Assembly: GCA_965655095.1 (NCBI GenBank)
Contig: OZ296654.1
Location: forward strand, 16,306,001 to 16,370,000
Length of the DNA stretch: 64,000 bases
DNA from: Haplodiscus bocki
Taxonomy: Eukaryota
Direction of reading: 5' to 3'
Position 1 is the stretch's first letter; every line of letters begins with the position of its first letter. A program made the position numbers and the translations under genes. Positions 1 to 12,899 of this stretch are shown one piece after another. The notes under the pieces are model-generated. The model had not been told where the DNA came from and did no database searches. It saw only the letters and a list, made by a program, of their open reading frames with translations.

Positions 1-120
1 CAAACGTTTCCGTAAAAGTGCAATACGAGAAAACTTCAATCTAAAACCTGAAACACAGCTGAAAAAAACTCATTCCTATAACGGAGGCAACTTTACCCAT
101 CAATACAAAAAACATTGATC
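1..120 (+). repeat. Copy of a dispersed repeat also present at ~7545 and ~8262
   Basis: gtgcaatacgagaaaacttcaatctaaaacctgaaacacag matches gtgcaatacgagaaattttcaacttgaaacgtgacccacag (~7581) and ttgcagtacgagaaaacttcaacttgaaacgtgacccacag (~8297). Confidence 0.75.
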
Positions 121-589
121 AGTACCAAATAACTGCGCTGTTCAAAAACAAGCACGCGGGCAAAATTTAGCTGATCTGGGCAATCGAAAAATTTCCAAAT
201 CGGAAAGCATCATTTTGAAAGTCGGTTCTCATGTATTCCGTGGAAAATATTATATTCAAGGTATTTAAAAAAAGTTAGTACTTTTCATGTGTTCGCGAAC
301 TGAGTATTAATGAAAACAAAAAAAATCAGAGAAATTTTCATGTAAAAATTTTCCACTTCATGAAATGCGTTGCAAAGCATTAGGCATCAATTGGAATTTA
401 CTTCTAAGAATTAAATTGTTAAAACTTCAGGAAGCCTGAAATAAACTTTCGGAGAACTAATCGACCAACATTAAAAGTATTCAAACTCTAGTAGAATTCA
501 TGATCAAATCCATGATCTATTTACAGTAGAAATTAAACTTCAAATTTGAACAATTTTTATATACAATTTACTCTAAATATTCACAAGAA

Positions 590-1507
590 CTAGTTGCAAC
601 AAAATACAGGCATAGAGACAGTTGGGAAGATCTGATTCTGGAAGATGAAAGTTTTTAATCGGTCGAATATGAAGAAAAAATAACGAAAATGGACAAGTAC
701 TTCATCCAAGCAAATTTGATCTCTTCTAGGAACCCGGGTTCAAATCGCAACTGCTATTTAGGATAATTAATGGATATTTTCAGTTTGAAGTCGCTCTCTG
801 CAGACTCGCCTTCTTGCCATCCGTTATAATTATAAACGAAAACTGTCGACAAGTTTCGGGCTGTGTATGACTCCATCAAGCCATTCAAATCGAAGCCAGA
901 GACCGAAGTTGCTTCATCAATCAATGGGGCGTTAAACTTCATTGGTACCTTTGTAGGGCAGGTTGGTCTTTTGAACTAGAATGAGATCACCTGAAACTGT
1001 CAACTCAGAAGCACCGAAATCAGCCTGTTGTTGCACGTTAGCAACACCGTGAACGGATATTCGGCTGAAAAGTCGTAGTTTCACATAGAAGAAAAAGAAT
1101 GAATTCACTGATTTGACTGTTTCATCGTCTTCCAAAGGAAAACTCAAGGTCGCTTCAAGGTAATCATTCTTCCCGTCATGGTTGTTATCAACATCGACAG
1201 AGGCAACGATAGGAGCTGTCAGATCGTCCTCTTCATTGATAATATCATTAAGATTTTCAAAAGTACTCCAGAAAAGAAGTCTTGATTTAGTCGTTCGAGC
1301 GAAAACAATCGCCTCTTGCCTTTAGGTTACGTAAGGTTGCTCGGTGTAGAACTTTTCCTTGATCCAAAAGCCCGAAATCCTGTAAGCAACTAGCAGAGGA
1401 GAGACTACTAATAAGACAAACAGTATTACTTGAAAGATGACAGCCTTGGTAATCAAAGCAGATCGATAACTCTGTTGCACAGGGTGGGAGTAGACTTCAA
1501 GTTTCAT
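590..1507 (-). pseudogene. TMEM231: TMEM231 (ciliary transition-zone membrane protein) homologue, single coding exon, disrupted
   Basis: Stitched translation MKLEVYSHPVQQSYRSALITKA...PLLVAYRISGFWIKEKFYTEQPYV...FWSTF...DNNHDGKND...GDLILVQK...INYPK.QLRFEPGFLEEIKFAWMKYLSI...FIFQNQ follows TMEM231 end to end. In-frame stops occur at 1322-1324 and 754-756, and frameshifts near 935 and in the A-run near 675-680. A splice acceptor (ttttcag) lies just upstream of the ATG. Confidence 0.88.
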
Positions 1508-2938
1508 TTCATCTGAAAATATCAGGTTGTAAATCTCAAAATTTAGTAAGTTAAGGAATTTTGAGTTTCTGAAACAATTTGTTGGCGCGTTCTTCAAATT
1601 GATTTATTTAATAAAATTATTCTCAGGCCCCAGAAGCAACTATCTTTTCATAATGTCATAGAATTAACAGAAAGACTGGCAGCCAACGTTGAACTTTATT
1701 TCTATATTTTCAATTTTTTCAACACAGGCGAAGCTGTGCTTCGCAACACCAGCGCCAATGGAATACTAGTGAAGAAATCGACTGAATTTAACTGATTTTT
1801 GAAGGGGCCTTGATACTACTAATACTACTGATAAGAAGTGTACAGAAATTCAGTTAACTCCTGTATATTTATATACAAGTAAGAAACGGTACAATATTTC
1901 ATTCGCTTCATATTTTAAATAAAAACACTGAATCTCATGCGACAATGTCACAGTAAGGAGAGCATGCGACTGCAGCGTGAAAGGTCCCAGGCTCGAGCCC
2001 AGGATGCTCACTTCCCTCTTTGGTCAAAATCAAGGAACTTGTGCGAATAGTGAACGCATCGGACAAAAAGAATTTAGAAGCGTGTGATAACATTTCCTTG
2101 CGCAAAAGTAAAAAAAAATAGGACCGAGGGCACCGGGGCCGGGTAAATTGGAAAGACTGTGTTCGAGTGATCGGCAGTCAGAAACCAGAAAAGTCGGGCA
2201 CTGATACGTTGCAGAGCCTCCGTACATTGTCAATGACGATCGTATTTATGAAAGCATCCTAAATTTCAGCAAGTGGAGGAAAACTGATACATTAGATTAT
2301 CGTATCACAAATTTATGCACGAAGAATCAAGTTAGAATTTTCTCTAACCACGAAATTTTCAGCTTCGATTCAATTCGACCTGAAGTACTCGGGGACAAAG
2401 GTAAACAATATGTCCAGAGAACAGGGAAAGTATCTGGGAAAACCAGTAGAGATCTAAATTTAAACGTCAAAAATGATTTCATCTAGATCAGTTTAGACCT
2501 TATTCCAGCTAGCGTTTTAGATAATTTTACATATCTTTTTCTGTTTTCCCTTCAGTCATATCGTCACCAAGAGCATGGAAGTTTATTAGAACCAATGCTA
2601 AGATCTTGGGCGTTAGATCCTGTTCAGCTCTCCTGAAATCTAATAGCATTTCACCCTCAAAAGACAGGATTCTGAAGACAGTAGAAGGCCAAAATTAGTT
2701 CTGAAGTCCGTGAAAATTAGTTTTAATCCACATGAACACCTGAAAAAAATTGAGCATTTAAGTCCAAGTTCCATTGCATTAAATTTAAAGCTTGAACGAT
2801 TGTTCAGTTACAGAATCAAGATCTTATTCAACTCTGTGATTTTAGTAAATTCAAGTTCATTCTGAGCATATTCAAATTTTAGATTTTATTCCTTTAGATC
2901 TTAATATTTAGGAATTATTACTGTCCCAAACTAAGCGT

Positions 2939-5149
2939 GGGGACCAGGAACAGTATCTAAGGAATAATATCTAAAAAGATCTAAAAGTCTATCGGGAATA
3001 ATATCTAAAAGAATAATATCTAAAGTCTCAAGCACGGGAATAATATCTAAAAAAACGGGAATAGCATCTAAAAACGGGAATAAGATCTAAAGTAGAGAAT
3101 AAGGTCTAAAATTAAGAAAAACGTGAGAATCGGCTAAAATCAGCCTAAATTACGATATTAAAATCTAAAAGTTCAGAAATGACCAAAATACGTTCAGATT
3201 ACGAGAATAAGATCTGAAACGCTAGAATCGACCAAAATACGTCTAAACTCTCACGCAAAAACGGAAGATACCCGAAAAATCAATTGTGCGCAAAACAGAA
3301 TTATGATGACTGAGCTCAAAAAATATTGCAAATTTTGAGTCAACTTTTGTGTGGCATTTCAGACATTCGTCTTCTTCAATGCAGAATGTGCACATCAAAT
3401 GCCCACATGGTTTCGCACAAAAATTAATTTCTTCCAATTCACACGCGCAACATTTTGTACAATCTGTCTCATCTTCATCGCATTCGATTTCAAAGCATTC
3501 GAGGGGATCGTCGGAGGTCATAAGGGGCACGTCATTTTCAATATTTACCTGATTTTTTTCCTCATCTGCCATTTTTTCGAAAGATTTCTCTGTTACGTGG
3601 GAGATGATTTCTAGAAATTCTTGCGCAGTGTAACGTCCCGTTGCAAATTTTTACTCAGCTTCGCTAATGAATTTATCAGAAGCTTGACATTTCTCTCCTG
3701 TACTTTCTTGTTAATATGCCCTCCCTCAAATGATTTGCCTCCAATTGATAAGCCTTTCCAACACTTTTCAGCTTTAAAAAAACCAGCAATTAGGACATTT
3801 TCGACCAATTCGTTTGACGAAAGAGCTATGGAAACCCTTGACTTCGGAATTAGTACGGCAGAATTTACCATGAGCAGAGAGCATTTTTGGATCCATTGCT
3901 TGAACTCATTGCTTTTCAACATATGAATAGAACTTTGCCATGGCATCAAAAATACGGATTTTCAGTACGGACGGGCTCAACTCATAAAAAACAGAATGGA
4001 TTAAATTCGTTGGAAGTAAGGGCAAGGCCATCAGCTGTTTGACCCAGCTAACAACTTCTTTGACTTTCACACATGAAAGCCCAAGCTGCTGCCATTTTCG
4101 ATATATACTTTGGCGGTAATTGAACAAACATCTTTGCAAATTGGAACCAAATAAAAACTTGATGGAGGAATATAGGATAGGGCAACCTCGAAATCGGAAA
4201 CAGATGTTTCGGGATTAAATTACGGAGCCAATGATCGGAATTGAAGAAACACAGCATCATATAAAAGACGTGTCTCACCAGACATGAGGAAAAAAAACTC
4301 CGGTATTATTGTGTCCACAACAAGACAATGAATAATCAGTAGCTGGTAGAAATCGACGGGAACTGTTTTAAAAGTTGCATCAACATGAATGCTGTGGATT
4401 CTATTCAAAAAAAATAAATCCAAATCGGCCAGAAATTATAGCGCCAAATCTTCGTTGGCAGGAAGCGAAGGTTCTGTAAAACATATAAATTCCTCAACTC
4501 TTCGGGGAATGGGTAGGATATTGCTTGCTCTTCTTTTGCTCATGATTGACGATATTTCGGTAAAAGTACTGTCAACATTTTTGGGGTTGATAATTTTGTT
4601 ATAAATTTCCCTCGGCGCGAGAGTTGACCTTTCAAACTCGTTTTTTTAATCTTGCTTCAATTTTTGTTTTTTCGATCTCCGCAAAACTTTTTGGGTGATT
4701 GTGTTTTTGAATATTGAAAAAAACTTCCCGAATTCAATATATGCTGTGCCGGAACAGTCTTTTTTGTAAAGAACACACGGCCAATTAATTTTATTTTTGT
4801 ATTCATTGTTTTTCGAATACATATACCCATCACAACAAAAACTGTTGGAGCCCTTTCGACGACGCTCAATTTTTTCATAGTTCATGACGCCGTGAAAAAT
4901 TGAAGAGATTTGTGACAACAGGTAACGGATAACAATATTATCCAATCTTCCCGAAACCAAACTACCCAGAAACAGGAATGGGATCTAAAATATAAGATAT
5001 CATCCTCAAAAACAGGTATCGAATACTAGGAATATTATCTAAATCTTTAGATATTATTCACGAAAAATGATTCCAGCCATGTTAGTTTTAGATATTATTC
5101 CCGAATTTCACTTAGATATTATTACTTTAGATACTATTCCGTTCTCCCC
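2939..5149 (-). mobile_element. Mutator/MULE (Phantom-like) DNA transposon with terminal inverted repeats and subterminal repeat arrays, degenerate
   Basis: Left end ggggaccaggaacagtatctaaggaataatatctaa; the right end reverse-complements to ggggagaacggaatagtatctaaagtaataatatctaa. Multiple ggaataatatctaa units lie inside each end, around internal transposase remnants. No target-site duplication was identified. Confidence 0.8.
3243..4885 (-). pseudogene. FLYWCH-like + MULE DDE transposase with C-terminal RING finger, with frameshifts and stops
   Basis: Motifs across frames: DGYMYSKN...INWPCVLYKKDCSGTAY (FLYWCH-like), IHVDATFKTVPVDFYQLLIIH, CLFNYRQSIYRKWQQLGL, LMALPLLP, RTNSEVKGFH. Then GRYTAQEFLEII runs in frame into CCAC...KPCGHLMCTFC...CLKC (C3HC4 RING). 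Confidence 0.82.
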
Positions 5150-7544
5150 CTTATTCCATTAGATGTTATTCCACATTAGACCTTATTCCAGCATTTTGCA
5201 GCTTACCATGTCAAAACTTTAGATCTTATTGCAATAAACCTTATTCATTCATCAGATCTTATTCCACGCTCTATAATCCGAGAACAGACATGTAAGTCTG
5301 GAACGGGAAGCCCTAAAAATTTTTTTTTCAATCGAAAAAAAGACCCTAAGCAAAAAATTCAATTCACTTGGACACTGCATCAGCATGCCATGTCCTTGGA
5401 CACCTTTCCCGAGTTGGATTCAGACATTATTCTTTAGATGTTACTCCATGCACACCACACCGTTAGCAAACAGAATCCCACGAAAACACCAGAAAACTCC
5501 TGCCTATCAAGAGGCTTCAGGATACGCGGCGCCGAAAAGCGCGCCAAGCCTACCGGCCGCCTGGCCAGCCCAAATACCGTCGACTGGACGAAATTTGTGA
5601 TCAAAGTTGAAATAAAAATCGGGGTAAAAAAAAGTGTCCCGAGTTCCAAGTGAAAGAAGTGGCAAAGAACCATATGAGAAAAACAGTCACAGGCCTTTCT
5701 GTTTCCTGTAGACAGACTTCTAAAATCAAAAACGTAACGTTCGTGGACAAAATAAGAGCAAAGATTATGTTTTCAGTCCTTTTCAGCGAACAAAAATAGC
5801 ATAACAGTTTACTGTCCCACTTCTCACTTGCAAAAAAGCTAATTCAAAGTCAAAACTGACCGTTTGTTCACCTTGAGCAACGTTTCTGCTAACATCAACG
5901 CTCAAACAAGTTCGTTTTCAAAAATTGTAGGTGATCGTTCCGGAAGAGGAGTAACATTTCATGGGTCATCAAGGAGACATCAATTGATTGGATTTAATCG
6001 TCACTGAAAAAAAGACTTTGGGAGACAGTTTCTCCCCAAAGTCACCAACTCACGTTTCACGGTTTGACAAAAAAGCTGCGGAGATATCAATATCACTGAG
6101 AAAAAAAATGTCTTTTTCATCTAATGAATGTTAATCCTTCCAAATTTTAGTCGCATTTGAAACCCTCCATATGTCGAAAAAAGCACATAGGCAATTAAAA
6201 AGAGTTTTTTGCTGATTACAACTAATGGAAAGGTCAGTTGAAAACGTGTCATGACGACTGCTACAAAACAATCCAATCAAACAATTCGGACTATCAAACA
6301 AATGAAAACCTTCTGAAGATGTGTGGCAGTAGAGGATTGATAGAGAAAATTGTTGTTGCATAACAGATTACGGTCGCTTTTGGAAGACATGAAACGGTTA
6401 GATTCAATCCAAGGCTAAAGTTCCAAGGGGTAGAAAATTATCATTTGTTCTTGTCTACGTTAGATTTGGTCCAATGACAAATGTCATTTCTATTCCAGGT
6501 AATTACTGCAACTATGGTCACTAATTATTTTTGACATGTTTTTGCTATCTTTGAAAAAGACCTAACTTTAGGCTTGATGTCATAGGTTATTTTTTCAAGT
6601 TAGATGAGTTCGATAATTTTTGCTCAGACCTGCACACAAAGCAACGTGCATGTTCTGTTGGTTTATGCCAAAAACTTGAATTTTGCACTTTTTGCGGAAG
6701 TTCAGCCAATTGCCATTGCAGTCCATTTATCATCCACAGATTCAGTCACAGATCACAACATCGAAAAATTAATATTCAGAACGGTTTTTTTCACTGGAAC
6801 TTTTTGCTACTCTAATGAAAGCTGGAGGCGATAGTGATAACGTTCTTATTCAAGCTCCGGTTCCAGTGCCATTTTTGGATACTAAGAGAAAATGAAAGCA
6901 CAGCACTGAAAAAAAGCAACATAAACTCCAGAAATTTGCTTTATTGAAGATTCTCATTGATTTAAATCAGCTGAGAAGCATGTTTTTTTTTCTCTTCTGC
7001 GGAAGTTTTTGCAATTTTGCGTCTGAGTTAAGCTTCGTATACGCAAAATCAAAGTAAAAACTCTCCAGGAAATACACATGTAACAGAAATTAGCAAAATT
7101 TAGAAAAATTGCAAGAAAACTCCACGTATTTTTGAGTGCGTCTGCATTAAAAGATTACAGTACAACTTTTTTCAAAAATGGTCTTCCGACGTTCGAAAAA
7201 GCTGCCCCTACGCAACTGTGTCAGGTAAAATAAACATGTCAGAAAACTGCTTTAATTTGCGAGAAAGCCACAAATAGAAACGTTCGTACAAAAGACCAGA
7301 AGTTGAAGTGCATATTTAGAGCTCAACAAACGATACTCGAAAACCCTAAGGATCAAAAGTACAGGCGAATTTAAAGAAGGGACCAGGAAAAGCCTTCAAC
7401 TAGACATTGATAAATTTTGATGTTGTCAAAAAAGTACCAAAATTTCCGCTTTTCTTGGACATTTTAGTCCATTCAAACATGATGCTATCGAGCCGAGATA
7501 TATTTTAACCAGGACCTCCAAAGCTAACATTATCGAGGTAAAAT

Positions 7545-8725
7545 CTGTTTTGGAATCCATTTTGGAACGATTTCGCAAGAGTGCAATACGAGAAATTTTC
7601 AACTTGAAACGTGACCCACAGACTAAAAAGACTTATTTGAATCAACGATGCAACTTTATTCACCAACACAAGGAAGTAAGAGAGTAGTGTAGCCAATTTC
7701 CTTCTTTAATGTCTAAACAATACTTGAGCACCACGTCCGAGAGATTAATGCAACTCACAATGTTCAAGTTCTTTCCAGTTTCCGTCAACCACAAAAAAAA
7801 CTCCGGCATCAGCGCGGCCACCGACGAGCAGTTGCAGTAAAAAGCTCGATTAATAATTTTGAAAGAACAACTATTGCAGTAAACGGAGTAGAATATCAAC
7901 AGACAGTTAACATACGAAAATCTAGGAAAACGGTCTTTATGGTTTTCAGAGGAACTAATAGTTATTTTATCGATACTCGCGACAAAAGACACACTAGAAG
8001 ACACCCTGTTATAGGAAGTAAAGTTGGATTGCATTGATAAATCTCAAGCGACATTTGAAAAATCTATAACTGAAAAGAATGGGCACACTCTTAGAAGAGA
8101 CAAAAATACCCCTCAAACAAGTCTTCAAAAAGATTTGACCTCGTCGAAAGAAAAGCACACTTGAGCAATCACGCAAATTTCAGTCCTTGCAGATATGAAG
8201 TCAACAAAAAAAGCAATATTCCGACGAGAAACTCCAAAATTAATCCATTAGTGGTCAAAACAGTTTTGGAATCCATTTTCAAACGTTTCTGCAAGATTGC
8301 AGTACGAGAAAACTTCAACTTGAAACGTGACCCACAGATGAGAAAGTCTCATTCCAACTAACGACGCAATTATTTTCACCAACAATGCGAAAATGAAAGG
8401 AAGCTGCATCCATTTTCCTTCATTTATGTCTTAATAACTTTTGAGCACCAGGTCCCAGAGATTTATGCATCTTGAAAAAGTCAAGTTTTTTTCTAATCTC
8501 TGCAGCCCAGAAACACATTTCTCTCTTAGGCAGGACCACCATTGACAGGTTATTAAACATTACAGTAAACGGAGTGGAGCAACAGAAACATAAAAATTTT
8601 AAAAAGTGGAGAACGGACTGATTGGTTTCCAGAAGTAATCATAGAATTGTATCAACACTACTCGCGGGAAAACTAGATCGTAAGACGCCTAATTATAGGA
8701 AAAAAATTGCTTCGGAGTGATAAGT
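7545..8725 (+). repeat. Diverged direct duplication (units ~7545-8040 and ~8262-8725, offset ~715 bp)
   Basis: Shared blocks in the same order: gttttggaatccatttt, ttcaacttgaaacgtgacccacaga, ttgagcacca.gtcc.agagatt.atgca, cagtaaacggagt, agac.ccct..tatagga. Confidence 0.75.
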
Positions 8726-9539
8726 CTACCAGTTTTGCATCGGATAAAAGTTCTCATTGTGCCTTTACTTCACCAATTTTAAGATTCAAGTTACTTTAAG
8801 TTAGATATTTTTGTAGTCCAATAAGATACGTTTTTACGTTGTTTCCTCTTTAGTTTTTATTTCCATTAAATTGTGTCCCCTTTTTTCTATAAGCGAAGCA
8901 AAACTTCAACTGTCCTTTGCTGCTTTAGTTCTGAAAGACCTAACAAACTTCCTGCCGTAACACCTGAATACTATTTGTTCACTCTTTCTCCGGGAAACTG
9001 GATTTTCGAAATTTCAAGAAATTTTTCCCCTACAGAAAGCAACGAGTTCTTCGTTTTACTTATAATTCTATGTTTTTTTTTTAAAAAAAATCAGTAGTGT
9101 TTATCGAAAATGCACTGTGTTTCAATTGCTATTCAAGACCAACTCCTACTTTTGCTGGTTATCTTTCCTTCACTCGGTATGAGTGCAAAAACCAAAAAAG
9201 TGACAACAGCCAGTTGCCGATCATTTTGATGGTTGTGAAGACTTTTTCAGCGAGCTATTTTTTTGGATATTGATTTGAAGAGCCAGCAAAGAACACTTCA
9301 ACACTTTTGGAACAAAATCAAATTTGAAGTGTTCACCATCGACTTCAAAGGCAACAAATGGTTACTTTGGTCACAGTGTTTGGAACTGGATGAAAAGACA
9401 CGTCCCGAGGTTTGAAAAAATCCGCCCGGACGCGAACAATAAAAACTTTATGGAACAAGACGGGAACAAGAAAAAGAAAAACGACACTCGACTTTGAATA
9501 AAAAATTGGTTGAACACAGGGACTCCGCAAGCGAATGAA

Positions 9540-11160
9540 CATGTCCCCCGTAAACAGTAAAAATTAGACTAAACAAAACGTGAAAAAAAAGAATTCAGAT
9601 CAAAACTGTTGGAAACTTGCAAGACTAGAACTAAGAAGTGAAGTCTTGACATGTTCAGACTTAAGAGGTTCCTGGCTGGTCCTGACATGGTCACCAACTC
9701 TGACAGGGATACCACTGGCAGGTGCAAATTCAAAGCCCCATAATTACCAATAAAAAGTACAAGAAAAGGAGGACCTTCTGAAGACATGGCTTTCACCTAA
9801 AAACCGGTTGAAGATTTCAGACGACAAAAAGTACAAAAATTTTTCAATCTTGGCAAGGAGAACAAAACAGGGGAACCACAACACCAGAAAAGCAACAACT
9901 GAATATGGACGTCGTAAACGGAAAAAAACTGAATCAAAATTGAAAAACAGCATTCGGAATGAAACTGTCGGAACTTTGCAACACTAGATCTAAGAAGCCA
10001 AGTCCTGACCCATTCAACTTTTATGTAGTCTTGGCTGGTCATGACATGGTTACTGACGCCGGCAGGGCTACCACGTGCAGGCGCAAATTCAAAACTCCAT
10101 CACTAAAAACAAATACAAAAATGAAAGACCTTCCCAAAAACATGAGTTTCATCTAATAACCGTTTGAATATTTCAGACCAAAAAGATCAAAAAGTCCAGT
10201 TTTAGCAAGGAGAACAAAACGAAGGGAAAACAAGACCACAAAGAGAAAAACTGAACATGGATCATGTAAGCAGGAAGAAATAAATTGAAGCAAACTTGAA
10301 AAAAGCATTCAGATTCAAACTGTTGGAACTTTGCAAGACTAGAACTAAGAAGTCAAGTCCGGATATGTTCAACCTTTATGTAGTCTTGACTAGTCATGAC
10401 ACGGTTACTGACGTTGGCAGGGCTTCCACTTTTAGGCGCATTTTCAACTCCCGTTCATTACAAACGAAAAGTACAAAAAATGAAGGACCTTCCGAAAACA
10501 TGGGTTTTAACGGAAAACCAGTTTGAAGATTTCAGACGGTAAAAAGAACAGAAACAATATTCTTGACCTTTCAGGAAAAACCCAATGGAAAACAAAGAAC
10601 CCTACATGTGTCAATCGATCATGGCCCTCGTAAACAGTAAGGGTTAAAATAGAAAAAAAACTTGAAAAGAAAGAGAATCAAGATGAAAACCATTGGAAGT
10701 TTGCAAAACTAGAACTAAGAAGTCAAGTCTTGACATGCTCAACTTTTACGTAATCTCAATTAGTCATGACATGGTCAATCATACTGACAGTTCTACCACG
10801 TGCCCGAGCAAATTCAAAGCTCCACCAATAAAAACAAAATTACAAAATGTGAAGCTCCTTCCGAAAACATGGGTTGCACCAAATAACCCTTTGACGATTT
10901 CAGAACCAAAATTCAAAATTTTAAATTTGGGCATTAGAGAACAAAACGAAGGAACCACAAGACCCCAGAGGCAACAACTGAAGATGAACCTTGTAACCAG
11001 GAGGAAGTAAACTAAAATTATTTTGAGAGAGGCCTTTAGGTTAAAACTGTCAAAACTTCTGCAAGACTCCAACTAGTCTAGTAGTAAAATGAACTCTTTT
11101 GTACACTTGTTTGGCTGTGGCACGTTCAATGACACTATCAATACCGCCAGGTGCAGGCCC
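9540..11160 (+). repeat. Diverged tandem repeat, ~360-bp period, about 4.5 units
   Basis: aaactgttggaa(a/c)ttgcaagactagaactaagaagt.aagtc recurs at ~9603, 9962, 10317, 10686 and 11043, each followed by similar downstream blocks (tcatgacatggt, gcaaattcaaa, gatttcaga). Confidence 0.85.
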
Positions 11161-11307
11161 AGACTCCGGTCCCCTACCGTTCTCCCACACTTTCGACGAA
11201 ATATGCTCTAAAAGCTTCGTAATCTTTTGTCAAGTAAATGATTGACTGTGAGTTTCTCATTCTTCATGGAGTGAGAAAATCAGTTTTTTGTAGACACAAG
11301 TTTTTTC

Positions 11308-11452
11308 TGGTATAACAGCGTTAACGGTGTTCCTTGTCGGTATAAAGGCGTTAACGGCGTTTTTTTTGTCGGTATAAAGGCGTTAACGGCGTTTTGCTTG
11401 TAAGTTAACGGCGTTAGCGGCGTTAACGCCGCTATACCGGAAAAATAGCGGC
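11308..11452. repeat. Minisatellite of ~30-bp units containing the palindrome GCGTTAACG
   Basis: ggtataa(c/a)(a/g)gcgttaacgg(t/c)gtt occurs three times, followed by the hairpin tagcggcgttaacgccgcta. Confidence 0.75.
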
Positions 11453-12899
11453 GTTTTCCCAAAAAAGTTCGACCCGGGAATGTGAACAGAGTATGTCAGG
11501 GCACGTCTTGTGAGAGACTGCATAGATGGGCACTCCTCATCCGTCTAATTATCATCATCAAACAATTACCACTCAACATTCAAACGCGAGCACAAACGAT
11601 CCTCGTCCCACTCCCCAAACCAGAACCACATCTCACGAGAAGGCGCAGGTACATCACTCATATCAACTTTTGGGGCCAGATCGACCGGAGCCAGATTATT
11701 CAGTTCTTGCACTTCAAATCGGGGAGGTAAAAACACTAACTCTTCTAGCACTGCCTGCTCAAATTCCACTTACCCAGCAGCAGCTACCTTCGGTGCAGCG
11801 AAAGCATCAGCGTCTTCGAACATGACCGAGGGTCAGAGCGATGCAAGAACGGAATTAGGTCAATGCAAAGTACGTGGGACACCTCGATCAAGCGGCGATC
11901 AAAACCAAAACTTTGGCAGATATGCGACACATCCAGCTAGTGAAACCTCACACAAAGATTCGTGGCCCAGAAAATGCACCAACCCAGTAGTTTCAGTGAG
12001 TCAGTGATTGACCCAAACCCGTTGCCCACATATATTGACCCGAAAGTGCACGAAATCAAAAATCTTGTCCGCAATTTCCCAGTATTTGAACAGAAAACGC
12101 TGAAACTCTCCGAAACGTTACTTTATTCAAAACATTCGCTCGAGTTAAACTGACAGCAAGCCCCACCCCTCAAACTTCATCGAAAATCTTCCCGACTGTG
12201 AAAACACAAAGATTAGTGTTCATTATCGGTAAAAGTAGCTAACATCATACCCCTGAAATATTCAGACCGAAGAAAAACATTGAGAAACGCTTCATTTTCC
12301 ACTATTGGATCTAAGTTTAATTTGATACGCAAAAAACCTCACAAAACAGTGCATAACCAACTTGCAAACGAGCTGACAGATACAACTGTGCTATTTAATT
12401 GGCAAAAAGTGCCAAAAAGCTCAATTTCTAATCTCACAAGCAACGATGTTCGTCTCTTCAACATTAGGAGCTACTTTGTGAAATGAATTCCTGTAAAAAC
12501 CGACTCCGAGCTCTGGTATACTGCCAACGCGATCGTACTGCGCAAATATTTGATATTTTGGGACGGTAAAAATTTTTGATGTCAAATCTTGTGAAAGACC
12601 TGCTTTCTTTGAAGAAATAGGAGATTCTTCATCTGTTGTGGTAAAACAAAGCTGTTAGAATTGAAAGCAATCACAGTACTTGTATTGAATCAGAGCCACT
12701 GGAACGTCAAACTCAGCAAAATTTGATGTAAACGCCCTTCGAAGTGCACATAATTTTTTTCTGACCTTGAATCTGCTCAACAGTAGTTCCACGTCTCAAT
12801 TTTTTTTGATCGGTAGCCCAGTTTAGAAGTTCGGTTGAAGGTTAACAAGAGCTATGTCCTCCTTGACAGTGCAAAAATTCTTTGCCTGGTTGAAGTCGA

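Noticed and set aside
754-1324. Stop-codon reassignment explaining the in-frame TAA/TAG in TMEM231
   Set aside because: The gene also has frameshifts, and the 16 CEP164 exons contain no in-frame stops. Ordinary decay or sequencing error is simpler.
1813-1830. tactactaatactact as a Polinton AGTAGT-type terminus
   Set aside because: An isolated low-complexity motif far from the viral genes, with no matching TIR.
2939-3110. CRISPR-like short repeats (also at 11308-11452)
   Set aside because: No constant-length unique spacers, eukaryotic context and no cas genes. They are explained as transposon subterminal repeats and a minisatellite.
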